The notes: a model not told the origin generated them from the sequence alone. Positions 1-10,072 are shown, counted from the first letter of the stretch. The stretch: DNA of 29,484 bases from a virus (IMGVR_UViG_3300005805_000329:1-29484), one strand, 5' to 3'. Numbers and translations: made by a program.

Positions 1-160
1 TTATAGTCGTATTCAATAAATTAGTTGTACCATTTGATAAAATTTTGAACGGTGTTGCTGTTGACGTTGGTGAATCAATATAAAAAACTGCATTTAATCC
101 CGTAGTTGTTCCACCCGTTCCAATGTTCCACGTTTTTGCTGTTGTTTGTAATCTTAAAAC
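1..160. repeat. Terminal direct repeat, left copy (circular overlap)
   Basis: Identical to 29325-29484 except C65 vs T29389. Confidence 0.97.
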
Positions 161-706
161 TGAAAAATCAGTACTTGCTGTTGTTCCCGTAGATATTATT
201 TCAACAGTAGGGACGTTGTTTGTTGTAACAGTTATAGCTCTACCAGGACTACTTGTACCAATCCCCAATCTTCCGTTAGTATTGTCCCAAAATAAGCTGG
301 CACTTTCCTGTAATACATTTCCTGTACCCTCAAACAATACCCTACCAATAGTACCTGAAGTGATTGCTGTAGTTCCTATAGTTAATCCTGCTGATACAGT
401 CAAGTTACCACTACCTAGTATTGAACTACCATTGATTGTCTTGATGTTGGTAGCACTAACAAGAGTATCCTGCTTAGCATTCAATGCACTCTGCAAATCT
501 GTTTGTGAGCTGAGTGTTCCTGTGATACTTCCCCAGGTTGCACTACCACCCGATGCTGCTGCTATAATCTGAGCACCTGTGATTGCTGTGTTGACAGGCA
601 AGCCTCCTACTATAGAGGTGCACTCAATCAAATCAGTAGCCTGTAAATTTCCTGTGTGAGGTGTGAGGGTTGGCCTCCAATCTCCCCACCAATTCGGTGA
701 ACTCAT
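1..706 (-). CDS. Tail fibre/receptor-binding protein, 5' part (continues across the join to 28852; 392 aa total)
   Basis: Not in ORF track. ATG at 706 (MSSPNWWGDWRPTLTPHTGNLQATDLIEC...), open to base 1 and in frame with 28852..29340. Has fibre motifs KQDTLVSATNIKTINGSSILGSGN and LFWDNTNGRLGIGTSSP. Confidence 0.88.
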   Translation of the reverse strand, partial: MSSPNWWGDWRPTLTPHTGNLQATDLIECTSIVGGLPVNTAITGAQIIAAASGGSATWGSITGTLSSQTDLQSALNAKQDTLVSATNIKTINGSSILGSGNLTVSAGLTIGTTAITSGTIGRVLFEGTGNVLQESASLFWDNTNGRLGIGTSSPGRAITVTTNNVPTVEIISTGTTASTDFSVLRLQTTAKTWNIGTGGTTTGLNAVFYIDSPTSTATPFKILSNGTTNLLNTTI

Positions 707-737
707 ACCTATATTACTTTAAGCCTCCGAAATGTTT
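707..737 (-). promoter_or_regulatory. Putative phage late promoter 1
   Basis: AAACA-N16-TAATATAGGT abutting the ATG at 706. Confidence 0.75.
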
Positions 738-1179
738 AATTGCCTGACAATGGTACAGCACAATCAGTCCAATCATTAACCGTTAATGTGATGTTCATGA
801 CATAGCCTGCAGCGTAGTCAAGTAGATCATTGTTCAAAGGTTGGAAGTTAGGTATACCAATCACATCAAAGCTATAGTCATTGCTGTAGGTGAAGTAAAC
901 ATAAAGGTCATTAAGTATCTGCTGTGTATCACTTAGGATTGTGATGATGTTAGCTCTATCTTTTTGGATGATGTCAAAGCAGTAGATGTCAAAGTTAAAC
1001 TCTGAGGTGTTATCTGCAGGGTTGACAGTTACCGGTACGACAAAAACAATAGGATACTTCTCATCCTTAGTAGCGAAGTTGAATAGCTGTTCCTTGAAAT
1101 CACTACCAACCTTTTTTACCTGGAGGTGATTGTTGTAGAACTGCTCAATGTGGTCTATGATTGCTTGTAGTGAGTTCAT
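736..1179 (-). CDS. Putative tail terminator/completion protein
   Basis: 147 aa acidic protein with YPIVFV...FDIYCFD...GYVMNITL pattern, next to the tape measure gene. Confidence 0.55.
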   Translation of the reverse strand: MNSLQAIIDHIEQFYNNHLQVKKVGSDFKEQLFNFATKDEKYPIVFVVPVTVNPADNTSEFNFDIYCFDIIQKDRANIITILSDTQQILNDLYVYFTYSNDYSFDVIGIPNFQPLNNDLLDYAAGYVMNITLTVNDWTDCAVPLSGN

Positions 1180-3380
1180 TATAGTTCAGCGTTTTTATTA
1201 ATCTTATTTATCTTATTCTGTACATTGGTTACTTGTGTCTCAGATACTACAGCTGTAACAGTCATTGATGTGTTATTGTTACCACCACCTGCACTCATTG
1301 TACCTCCAGCATTAGCTGAGCCAAATAGCTGTGCCGCTTGAGGTACTTGCTGTGCTACATTGGAACCACCTGTAGACTCTGAGCTTGTGCCACCTCCTCC
1401 TCCTGATGTTGGAGTACCACCTGAGGTAAGTATCTGCTTAGCCTTAGCTATGTTGGTAGCAATCTGTATGATACCTGTCGCGAACTGAGCAATACCTGCA
1501 GCACCTGCTGATACTGCGTTCAACGGGTTAGCTTGAGATGCAGCAACCAATGAAGAGATAGCCTTGGCTGTATCAATACCAATTTGTATCAATGCATTGG
1601 CCTTATTAAACTTCTCTAGTTTCTTTTGGTCCTTGATGAATGCACCACCTACCTCATTAATACCATTGGCAATATCTGCAGCTAGTTGTAGCTTAGCATC
1701 TCTTTCTTTTCTAGCGTTTTCAATTTTAGCTATAGCAGAGTCCTCTTCTATTTTCTTTGTATCATCCTCATACTTTTTCTTAAGTGCTGCCTTAAGTATC
1801 TCATTGTCCTCTGCTAGTTTTAACTCTTCATCATACTTAGTCTGTAATGCTTGAAGTTTCTTCTCATCTTCAGTAAGTTCTGCATCTGCTAATGTCTTAG
1901 CCAATGCTTGCTGTTGCTTCAACTTGGCATCTGCTCTCTTCTGATTTTCTGCATCCTCCTGTTGATTGTATAATTCGGTTAGGGTTTTCTTTTGCTCCTC
2001 AGTTAGTGTAGCATCTGCTAGAGTCTGAGCACGTAACTTGTCATACTTAGCCTTAGTCATGGCTAGCTCCTTAGCTGTTCCCTCCTCCATTAGCTGTAGC
2101 TGTAGATCAGCAATGATGTCATTACCTTTCTTAAGGTTATCTGCCTCAGTCTTAGCCTTGTCCTCTGCAAGCTTATTGAGTTCCTGCTGTTGTTGAGCTA
2201 GATACATTTCATTAAACTTAGCCTTTTCTGCTGCTGTTTTATTGGCATCATTTTTAAGGTCATTCATTAACCTAGCATACTTCTCATTTACTATAGCTAT
2301 CTCCCTCTCATTAGCATCCTTGATTTGTGATAGCTCAAAGTCTCTCAATGTCCTAGCGTTATCCAATCTATTCTTAGCTGCTTGCTTAGCTCTCTCTCTA
2401 GCTTTCTCTGCTGCTGCTGCTGCCTCATCTCCTGCTTTCTTATCAGCTTCTTTTTGGTCTGCTAGCTCTTGAGCCTTGATACGTTTACGTTCATTCACTC
2501 CTGATTGGATGAGTTTACTTTCAGCCTCAATCTGTTTTCTTAACTCTTGTCGTTTCTTTGTAGCCTCTTCACCCTCCTGGTGTCTCATTGCCTCAAGGGC
2601 TTTCTTAGCTGCAGTCTTTCTCTTGATAGCCTCTTTCTCTAGTGCTCTTGATTTGTCTAGCTCAAGCTGAGTAGTATCCTTACCGGCAATCTTAGCCATG
2701 GCAATCTCTTGGTCATATCCTTCAGATAGTTTATCAGCACGTTTCTTTGAACTCTCTGATACTTTCTCATTGGCCTTAGCCATCCTATCTGCATTCTCAT
2801 CTGCTGCATAGCTAGTTAATCCTAGCCAATCAGTCAAAGCTTTGAAGCCCTCAATCAATGCGTTAATAGGTATCATTAAAAAGTCAAGTACTTTCTGTAG
2901 TACTCCTATCTTGTGGAGGAATATCACAATGGCTGCCACAATAGCAATGATAACAGCAATCAATAAAAAGATAGGGTTAGCTAGAATGGTAGCACCTAAT
3001 GAAACGAATGCACTACCAACAGTCATGATAACGGATGTTAGTGATTTGAATGCACCACCAATAGCCTTAGGGTCAAGGTTACCTAGAGTACTCTTGAATA
3101 CATTAGCCTTTTGTGCAGCTTCATCAAAGTCAAGACTAAGCAAGCTATCCTTAATACCTCCTAAGCTATTAGATACCTGCTCAAACTTTGAACCTGTCGC
3201 AAAGGTATTCACTGCCTCATTGGCATCTGCTAGTTGGTCCTTAAGTTCTCCTGCCTTTGCAGCTAACCTAGCAATATCCTCGGGGTCAGTTGCATCAGCA
3301 ATGGCACCCTTTAAGGATTTTAATTCCGCCTTAATGGCGCCAATGCCGCCAAGTTTTAATGGTATTTCTACTTCGTTCAT
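1179..3380 (-). CDS. Tail tape measure protein
   Basis: 733 aa, Ala/Lys/Glu-rich coiled coil, hydrophobic segment ANPIFLLIAVIIAIVAAIVIFL, Gly/Ser-rich C-terminus. Confidence 0.85.
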   Translation of the reverse strand: MNEVEIPLKLGGIGAIKAELKSLKGAIADATDPEDIARLAAKAGELKDQLADANEAVNTFATGSKFEQVSNSLGGIKDSLLSLDFDEAAQKANVFKSTLGNLDPKAIGGAFKSLTSVIMTVGSAFVSLGATILANPIFLLIAVIIAIVAAIVIFLHKIGVLQKVLDFLMIPINALIEGFKALTDWLGLTSYAADENADRMAKANEKVSESSKKRADKLSEGYDQEIAMAKIAGKDTTQLELDKSRALEKEAIKRKTAAKKALEAMRHQEGEEATKKRQELRKQIEAESKLIQSGVNERKRIKAQELADQKEADKKAGDEAAAAAEKARERAKQAAKNRLDNARTLRDFELSQIKDANEREIAIVNEKYARLMNDLKNDANKTAAEKAKFNEMYLAQQQQELNKLAEDKAKTEADNLKKGNDIIADLQLQLMEEGTAKELAMTKAKYDKLRAQTLADATLTEEQKKTLTELYNQQEDAENQKRADAKLKQQQALAKTLADAELTEDEKKLQALQTKYDEELKLAEDNEILKAALKKKYEDDTKKIEEDSAIAKIENARKERDAKLQLAADIANGINEVGGAFIKDQKKLEKFNKANALIQIGIDTAKAISSLVAASQANPLNAVSAGAAGIAQFATGIIQIATNIAKAKQILTSGGTPTSGGGGGTSSESTGGSNVAQQVPQAAQLFGSANAGGTMSAGGGNNNTSMTVTAVVSETQVTNVQNKINKINKNAEL

Positions 3381-3381
3381 G

Positions 3382-6096
3382 TTATGGCTTGTAATATCTT
3401 ATTTCAATTGTGGTGTAGTTAAGGTAGTCATCTACATACCCTACACCTATTTGAGTAGTGTTAATAAATATACTGTTGTTTGATGGGATGTACTGAGCAC
3501 TAATGATACCATCATACATCACGTTGTTAATCATAACAGTAAGCTCACTATCTAGGATAGCACCTAGGTCCCACTTCTGGATGAAGCCCTCATACTCTCC
3601 TTGGTTATTTCTTACCCATAGGATATCTCCAAAGCTAGACTCTTTGACATAGGCTACAGGGTCATTGGTTCCTGTTTGGTCAAGCAATGCAGTGTACTTG
3701 TAGTAGGGAGGGTCAACAGGTATACCGTTCACCTTGCCGTATACAGTTAGGTTATCAGTGTATATACCATCCTCTTCAATAGTAGCATCATCTGCTACCA
3801 CTACTACCTTGAGTCCAGGGTTAACATTGTTACCCTTACCGGTTACTATACCTGATGTGCTGTTAGGTACAATGTTAGTGTTAGCTGTAATACTCTTGAT
3901 GATAGTATTATTGGCCACCTGAGTGATAGGACCTACACTACCAATGCCTACACCTTGAGATGGTGAGCCTGTAGCAAAGGGCATTAACTGCACCTCAGTG
4001 TCTATACTGATTAGCTCTACCTGTGTGAGCTGATTGCCATTGGCATTGTAATCAATGACCTTGTTAATGTTCCACCATGAGTTATCAATCCTAATCTTAT
4101 CATTGAGCTCTAAGGGTTGGATGTCAGACTCTTTAAGATTAAAGAATGCAGTCAACATCTTACCGGTATTAATCTGCCCCATGGTCCTTCTCCAATACCT
4201 ATTGTACAGATTGTTCTGCGTTAAGGTACTTGGCATGTAGTAGTAGTATGCACAGGTTGCATAGTTCAAGTCCCAGGTAGGATTGAGTGGGTCATCGAAA
4301 TGTCCTACATACGGATAGGATGTAACACCTGTCATACCCGTTGTACCGTAGTCATAGATGTTAAACGCTTGGCATGTGGTTAATCCTACCTCAGCTGTAG
4401 AGTCATACAAGATACGGATGTTAGTATCAGGCTGTGCTCCTGATAGCATTGGAACGAATGCACCAAAGACTGTATCAATGATTGGTGTAGGGCTAAACAA
4501 TACAGCCTTAGTAGTTACATCCTTGACATACTCATTGTCAAAGATAACCTCTGCTTGTCCGTAGATTTGATTGGTAGCATCTGTGTAAATCGTATTAGGG
4601 CTATCCTTATCTGCCTTGTATGTGAGTATTACTTTCTTACTTGTCAGTTCAGGTAGGAATGACAATGACTGCTCTTTGTCCTTGGCTAGCTTGTATGTCC
4701 AATCTACCTCTTTACCTGCATCGTAGTAATCATCCCTATGGATTAGGTTCAACTGATTAGGCTGTGATTTGTCTACCTCAGCATACAGGTTGAACATGTT
4801 AAATATAGCCTTAACAAATTCATTCTGCTTTATCTTTTTAGGCACGTAGTCATTCACATCAATGGTACCACCAATGGCTACAATGTTACTGCTCGGGGTG
4901 ATTGTTATATCTGCCGAGTTAATGGTTAGGCTTAATTGATATGGTACAATATAGTAACCTCCTGCAGTATTAAAGATAGCCTGTACATTGCTAGTCAATG
5001 CACTTAGTTGTGGTAATATGTTTGGGTCGCTAGCTTGTATGGTTACTATTAATGTGTCCGTAGTTATGTTGGTAGTACCTGCTCCAGGTGCACCTGGTCC
5101 ATTGTAAAAAGGTGAAGCTGAGTTTACATTGTATGGTGCATTAAAAAAGTTCAGGTAGAATGTAGGTGTACCAACTGATATATTGGCTACAGGACAAATG
5201 ATGTCAAGACTAAAGTTGACCAATATCTTTATCTCATAGTACTGAGCATTGGCTGAGCTTATGTTGAATGGTGTAGTGTATACACCTGTTACCGGGTCAA
5301 AGATATTCTGAGGGTCCTCTATCTCATTGAGCCCTGTGAATGTATAGGTACCTGTGGTAGGAGTAACTGATAGAGGTGATACCACCGTACTAGGTGTAGT
5401 CTTCTCTGCTCGCACCACATAGTCTAAATAATCAAAGTTATCAATGCCTCCGTTGTATGGAATGACTAGCTTGTCAAACTTAGTATTGCTTAGGGTAGGC
5501 CAATTGTATGTAAACCCTGAGTCAGCAAAGATGCGATCTAAGTAAGTCTTAGCAAAGATAGCAGGCTTGAATTCCTGAGTAGTGTAGAACACATCACCAC
5601 TGCCAGGGAGGAAGTACTTGAAGCCATCCACCACAGTGTTGGTAAACCTGTTCACTACATTGAATGCATCGTATGTATGGTTGAGGTCGCTGAAGTCTAT
5701 ATCTGTTAGCTCCTTGTTATTGATGGCTGTAAAGAAATCGGCTTTGCTTTCCTTGACCAATACCTCATACTCCACATGCTCCTCATACCCATCGGTTAGC
5801 TGCACCTTTTTAACAGCTGTGAGCTGCAGGCTTGCATCCTCCATGACAGGTATTCCATCCTGTATAACTGAGCAGGTAGTCACTCCATTGATGTCAAAGG
5901 TTCCTGCTTGGATGTTCACATCATAGTAGTGGTTCAGTAGGTCATTGTTATTCTTGCTACCTACCAATGTAATGGTCTTAGAGAAGTTACCTTTTCTTTG
6001 ACTTATATCTCTGATGTCTCCTACCTGAAATGTCAAAGGGAATGAAGTACCCTCCTTAACATCAAGGTAGCCTGTTGCTAGTTGTATCCTAACCAT
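3382..6096 (-). CDS. Large tail tip/baseplate hub protein
   Basis: 904 aa, beta-rich; N-terminal LTFQVGDIRDISQRKGNFSKTITL motif typical of Bacteroidota siphovirus tail proteins; C-terminal YTALLDQTGTNDP module. Confidence 0.7.
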   Translation of the reverse strand: MVRIQLATGYLDVKEGTSFPLTFQVGDIRDISQRKGNFSKTITLVGSKNNNDLLNHYYDVNIQAGTFDINGVTTCSVIQDGIPVMEDASLQLTAVKKVQLTDGYEEHVEYEVLVKESKADFFTAINNKELTDIDFSDLNHTYDAFNVVNRFTNTVVDGFKYFLPGSGDVFYTTQEFKPAIFAKTYLDRIFADSGFTYNWPTLSNTKFDKLVIPYNGGIDNFDYLDYVVRAEKTTPSTVVSPLSVTPTTGTYTFTGLNEIEDPQNIFDPVTGVYTTPFNISSANAQYYEIKILVNFSLDIICPVANISVGTPTFYLNFFNAPYNVNSASPFYNGPGAPGAGTTNITTDTLIVTIQASDPNILPQLSALTSNVQAIFNTAGGYYIVPYQLSLTINSADITITPSSNIVAIGGTIDVNDYVPKKIKQNEFVKAIFNMFNLYAEVDKSQPNQLNLIHRDDYYDAGKEVDWTYKLAKDKEQSLSFLPELTSKKVILTYKADKDSPNTIYTDATNQIYGQAEVIFDNEYVKDVTTKAVLFSPTPIIDTVFGAFVPMLSGAQPDTNIRILYDSTAEVGLTTCQAFNIYDYGTTGMTGVTSYPYVGHFDDPLNPTWDLNYATCAYYYYMPSTLTQNNLYNRYWRRTMGQINTGKMLTAFFNLKESDIQPLELNDKIRIDNSWWNINKVIDYNANGNQLTQVELISIDTEVQLMPFATGSPSQGVGIGSVGPITQVANNTIIKSITANTNIVPNSTSGIVTGKGNNVNPGLKVVVVADDATIEEDGIYTDNLTVYGKVNGIPVDPPYYKYTALLDQTGTNDPVAYVKESSFGDILWVRNNQGEYEGFIQKWDLGAILDSELTVMINNVMYDGIISAQYIPSNNSIFINTTQIGVGYVDDYLNYTTIEIRYYKP

Positions 6097-7540
6097 TGAC
6101 CATGTCGTTATTAGCTAGCTTAATTATAATGCTTTGCTTGATTAAGTTCTTGTTCCGTTGCTTGTATTTCTCAAATGATGAGGTAACTATATTGCAGCTG
6201 ATATACTCAGTGCTTGCCGGTATATCACAGCTCTCATCATAGTTGCTTACCTTGAAGTATGTGTAAGGTGAGCTAATGAGTTCAGTGAAGTAGGTAGCCA
6301 TCTCCTCAGTCATCCAATCGGTATTGAGGTCAATGGTGTTATCTACACTCACATAGCTGTTGATGTATCCTCTATCTGTTAGGTTGTAGTTCCATGACCC
6401 TGCGTCAATGTATCCTGCTACATCCTGATTGTATTGCTCACGCTGTACTGTGCCTCTTTCGTATGCTCTACCTGTGAATGCAAATGACCCCCATGAACCA
6501 TAACGGTCTAGGAATATAATGCTGTACTCCTGCATCCTAACTCTGCGATCTATGTTTACTTTGTATGGCTGTGTTACCTGTGTACCATTGTGCTCATAGT
6601 AATACTCATAGTATTCAGTGGTAGGCTTAATCAATGGCAGTGTACCTGAGATAGCAGTCAATGGTCCTGAGTTGTTAGGGCCTACTGCGTTACCGGTTAC
6701 GTGGTCAGTGGCACTTACATTCTTTTCAAATATCTCACCACCATCATTGGTGAATATAATCTTATGAGTACCTGGCCCTGGTCCACCATACACTGCGTTC
6801 ATCCAAAGGTCTTGAGATAAGGTGCAGTAGAATTCTCTAGTAGGGCATGATGTCAGGAAGCTATCGGATGGACCCGTGAGGTAGTAGTTACTGAATAAGT
6901 AGTAAGGCCATTGAGTCCAAGGTAGTGCACCATTGAATACATAGTTGTTTGCCTTGATTAGTAGGTTCCTAGTTACAGTCTTTCTCCCATCAGCATAGGT
7001 GATACCACCATTGATTACTGCATTGGTTACCAATGACCAAGGGCTATTAACTACCAAGTAACCTACACCAACTGACAGCACAGTGAACAATCCCTCAAGG
7101 TTAGGGTTAGCTACTCCACCATCTGATTGAGCAATGACTATCTGATCACCTGCCACAAAGCTGTTGGTTACGTTAATCTGTACGTTGCCTCCGTTGTTAG
7201 TTAGGGATGCTGTATACTGAACTATGGTTAGGTACTCCTCACCTACATGAACATCATACTTGTAATGGCTGTTAGGTGCATCGTATACTGTGGTGTTGTA
7301 TGGGAATAAGTCAAAGCTTACCTTAGATTGTAGTAGCTTGCTTAGATCAATCTCACCATAGAATGTACTAGCATTAGGTAGCACCCTATACTCTGCTATT
7401 TTATTAGTGGTACCACTCTCATAGATGTCAAAGATAAACTTGAAACCTGCATTGCCTGAGTTGGTACTCGCAAAGAAAAACTTAACCGGGTTGTAAGCAG
7501 GAGTTAACACCTGTGGTACAACTATAGTGAACATTGCCAT
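6089..7540 (-). CDS. Tail/baseplate structural protein (distal-tail-like)
   Basis: 483 aa; TPAYNPV N-terminus, FLDRYGSWGSFAF motif; preceded by the late promoter motif. Confidence 0.6.
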   Translation of the reverse strand: MAMFTIVVPQVLTPAYNPVKFFFASTNSGNAGFKFIFDIYESGTTNKIAEYRVLPNASTFYGEIDLSKLLQSKVSFDLFPYNTTVYDAPNSHYKYDVHVGEEYLTIVQYTASLTNNGGNVQINVTNSFVAGDQIVIAQSDGGVANPNLEGLFTVLSVGVGYLVVNSPWSLVTNAVINGGITYADGRKTVTRNLLIKANNYVFNGALPWTQWPYYLFSNYYLTGPSDSFLTSCPTREFYCTLSQDLWMNAVYGGPGPGTHKIIFTNDGGEIFEKNVSATDHVTGNAVGPNNSGPLTAISGTLPLIKPTTEYYEYYYEHNGTQVTQPYKVNIDRRVRMQEYSIIFLDRYGSWGSFAFTGRAYERGTVQREQYNQDVAGYIDAGSWNYNLTDRGYINSYVSVDNTIDLNTDWMTEEMATYFTELISSPYTYFKVSNYDESCDIPASTEYISCNIVTSSFEKYKQRNKNLIKQSIIIKLANNDMVNG

Positions 7541-7571
7541 ACCTATATTATTCTATGCAGCCAAAGTGTTT
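7541..7571 (-). promoter_or_regulatory. Putative phage late promoter 2
   Basis: AAACA-N16-TAATATAGGT abutting the ATG at 7540; fills the whole terL-tail intergenic gap. Confidence 0.75.
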
Positions 7572-8723
7572 CTAAAATGCGTAGTAGCTATCATCCGTAT
7601 AGTACTCCTGTCGGATGTGAGTAGTGGCATACCTGATTGCATCCATGGCATCATCAAACATCTTGACCGGTTCGTCGGTTATCATGTCCCCTACTTTTTT
7701 CCACTTGTAATTTTCATACTCTTTCTTGAGTGCCTTATCATCTTGGCATAGGACCCCGAATGTCTTGATGTTATCTATCCCTTTCTTGACCACCTTGTTA
7801 GCGTTCTGCACGTCATACCCTGCATTGTTTAACTCGGCAATAATCTCAGGCCTTGCATAGTCTGCTACAATGGTGACAGTCTTCTCCACGTTGAAGCTTT
7901 GCATCTTGTCAATCAGCATTGGAGTGGTCAAGTAGCTTTCATAGATAACAGGCTCAATGTAGATGTCATTGTCACACCAATATACTCGCATGAGTGCTGT
8001 CGGGTGATTGTATCCAAAGTCTAACCCATACACATAGTTGACAAACCTAGCAGGCCTATGAGGGATGAATGACCAATTAGAGTAGATGTTACTCTTGCTG
8101 ATTGCTTTCTCACCAAGGGCATATATTTGATATAGTGCCTCATCCGTTCTCTTGAGGTCTTCAATCTGCGCTCTGATACTTTGAGGCAGGAATGGGTTAT
8201 CTTTGTACGTTGACTTGATGAGGATGCTTTCCTCCATTGGTAGCTCATACAGCCATGAGGTTGACTCACTTGGATTATAATCGAAGATTAGCTTAGACTC
8301 CGTTCTCATGTTCAGCTGAGTGAAGTCATCGAAGTACAGCTCATTGGCTTCATTGCACCAAGCTATATCTCTTTTCCTACCTCTTATCTTTTGCTCATCA
8401 TCCACTGAGAAGAACTCCACTATGCTCCCATTAGGGAACGTGTAGATGTGCTCACTCTTGTTGTGGTCCTCCACTGAGTAGATGTTGAGTTCCTTGAGTA
8501 TCTCAATGAAGTCTCTGAGCACTGTAGCCCTCAAGGCAGGGAATGTCTTTCTAATGATACTTACTACCTTGTTATTGTTCTGTAGGCAGTAGATGATAAC
8601 TAACTGACATAGGCTGTAGGTCTTGGATGAACGTGAGCCTCCCTCATTAATCACAAACCTTATGCCCTGGTCATTGAGTGCTGCGTAGTTTTTCTCAAAT
8701 ATGACTGTGCTCTTTATCTCCAT
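7572..8723 (-). CDS. terL: Terminase large subunit (PBSX/Terminase_3 type)
   Basis: Walker A EGGSRSSKT, Walker B IAWCNEA, DYNP coupling motif, nuclease motifs GLDFG and DDAMDAIRY. Confidence 0.95.
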   Translation of the reverse strand: MEIKSTVIFEKNYAALNDQGIRFVINEGGSRSSKTYSLCQLVIIYCLQNNNKVVSIIRKTFPALRATVLRDFIEILKELNIYSVEDHNKSEHIYTFPNGSIVEFFSVDDEQKIRGRKRDIAWCNEANELYFDDFTQLNMRTESKLIFDYNPSESTSWLYELPMEESILIKSTYKDNPFLPQSIRAQIEDLKRTDEALYQIYALGEKAISKSNIYSNWSFIPHRPARFVNYVYGLDFGYNHPTALMRVYWCDNDIYIEPVIYESYLTTPMLIDKMQSFNVEKTVTIVADYARPEIIAELNNAGYDVQNANKVVKKGIDNIKTFGVLCQDDKALKKEYENYKWKKVGDMITDEPVKMFDDAMDAIRYATTHIRQEYYTDDSYYAF

Positions 8724-8862
8724 GTGCTATCTGATATGCATTCATTAGCATAGCCATCTGCCTGCCATCTGCAGCTACTGCTCTTCTATCTATCCTTACC
8801 TGTATCCCTTTCATCCTGTAGATGTAATCCTCTACCACTGCACACATAAAATCAATCTGCAT
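8695..8862 (-). CDS. Small hypothetical protein between terS and terL (55 aa)
   Basis: Manual translation MQIDFMCAVVEDYIYRMKGIQVRIDRR...; fills the gap and overlaps both neighbours. Confidence 0.6.
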   Translation of the reverse strand: MQIDFMCAVVEDYIYRMKGIQVRIDRRAVAADGRQMAMLMNAYQIAHGDKEHSHI

Positions 8863-9277
8863 CAGGACGAACTATGGTCACCTGTATGCTATCTATCTTC
8901 TCTCCCTTGGTTGTGGTGTCAACTCTCTCGGTTAGGTTGTTTAGTCGTTGAGTGATGGATGCGTTGTACTGACCAACCATGCCTCCTTCAATTTGGTCCA
9001 TTCGAATCTCCTCCTCTATGCGTGAGCAGATTGTAGTATACGCTGAATATCGACCATCAGTGTTGGCGAAATAATCATTCACGGTTTGCCCTTTGCTGGC
9101 GGCAAAAGACCTGAATCCCACCTGAGTAAGTGGTCTCTCTAATGGAATAGCTGAAGCCTCTCCTGTCTTATTAGATAGGGAATAGCTATATCTAGGATTC
9201 TCTTTACACCATCTCTTGTAGGCTTCAAATAAATCCCACATTGCTTCAGGTGTTTCTATGTGTTTATGCTTTGGCAT
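8852..9277 (-). CDS. terS: Terminase small subunit (P22 gp3-like)
   Basis: ETPEAMWDLFEAY...RPLT..GF...EGGMVGQYNASITQRLNNL; upstream of terL. Confidence 0.8.
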   Translation of the reverse strand: MPKHKHIETPEAMWDLFEAYKRWCKENPRYSYSLSNKTGEASAIPLERPLTQVGFRSFAASKGQTVNDYFANTDGRYSAYTTICSRIEEEIRMDQIEGGMVGQYNASITQRLNNLTERVDTTTKGEKIDSIQVTIVRPDAD

Positions 9278-9731
9278 TGTCTATCTCTTTAAGTTTTCTT
9301 TGCGCCCATTCAATCCCTTCATCACCACCCCATGCAAGCCACATCAATCTGCCACATCCATCACCAAGCTCACGCTGTGAGTTCTGACGATGACGTTCAA
9401 AGCCTGCCATGCGAGCAATCACATCTCTCGAAAGAGGTCGGCCATCTGCAATGGCATTGGCACGAGCCTTACCCACAGCAGTTCCACAATCACCCCATCC
9501 ATTCTCCTCTGCCCATCTGATAGCTATTTTAGCATTCTCAGTAGCTTGTTTAGGATAGTCATCATATGAATCAGCGAATGCCTTACGATAAGCACCTATA
9601 GGCCCATCAAAGATAGACTTGCATACAGCATAGCGTTGGTCATTCTCAGGATACTTACCTAGGGTCTCTTCATCACCCATGCATCTTGAGATGAACTCCT
9701 CCTCAGTTTCTTTAGGCTTCGGTGTCGGCAT
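9264..9731 (-). CDS. Two-domain head-morphogenesis-associated protein
   Basis: MPTPKPKETEEEFISRCM domain plus SYDDYP...CGTAVGKARAN...MWLAWGG domain. Confidence 0.6.
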   Translation of the reverse strand: MPTPKPKETEEEFISRCMGDEETLGKYPENDQRYAVCKSIFDGPIGAYRKAFADSYDDYPKQATENAKIAIRWAEENGWGDCGTAVGKARANAIADGRPLSRDVIARMAGFERHRQNSQRELGDGCGRLMWLAWGGDEGIEWAQRKLKEIDNAKA

Positions 9732-9918
9732 CTGGTTCTACCCCTTTGAATTTCTTACTCTTAGGCTCTACCTCTTCAAAGATATGGCCTATACCTTTTT
9801 CACTCCAGAAATCAGCTTCATTAGCTGTATCCTCAGTAATGGTGAAAGATACCTCTCTCCCATTTAGATATACGGTAATGTACTTACCGATATGCTCACT
9901 CTTTACTTTCTTTGTCAT
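9712..9918 (-). CDS. Hypothetical protein (68 aa)
   Basis: Likely start MTKKVKSEHIG at 9918, overlapping the upstream gene. Confidence 0.6.
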   Translation of the reverse strand: MTKKVKSEHIGKYITVYLNGREVSFTITEDTANEADFWSEKGIGHIFEEVEPKSKKFKGVEPDADTEA

Positions 9919-10072
9919 ATTCGTATTCTTGTGTAAATAACCATGCGTAATATAGTACCACCCATATCCCAAATGCTCTGCATCCGTAAAAGTAATTCTC
10001 TCGAATCAAAAAGAATGCACCTGTTAATGCAGTGAACGTAGCTAATATGCTAATTATTTGAGAAACTCTCAT
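9896..10072 (-). CDS. Small two-TM membrane protein (58 aa), first gene of the packaging operon
   Basis: Manual translation MRVSQIISILATFTALTGAFFLIRENYFYGCRAFGIWVVLYYAWLFTQEYEYDKESKE; late motif directly upstream. Confidence 0.7.
   Translation of the reverse strand: MRVSQIISILATFTALTGAFFLIRENYFYGCRAFGIWVVLYYAWLFTQEYEYDKESKE

Noticed and set aside
1-160. Terminal repeat as a true virion DTR or att site
   Set aside because: It lies mid-gene, no integrase is present and the terminase type suggests headful packaging; an assembly overlap is more likely
123-572. 149-aa plus-strand ORF
   Set aside because: Antisense shadow of the minus-strand tail fibre gene, which has clear motifs and a promoter
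1564-5926. Plus-strand ORFs opposite the tape measure and tail genes (and similar ones elsewhere)
   Set aside because: Antisense shadows with no motifs, fully overlapping well-supported genes
9948-9956. Plus-strand TAATATAG (similar at 24232, 18823, 22063) as extra late promoters
   Set aside because: No AACA 15-16 nt upstream, no adjacent start codon, wrong strand
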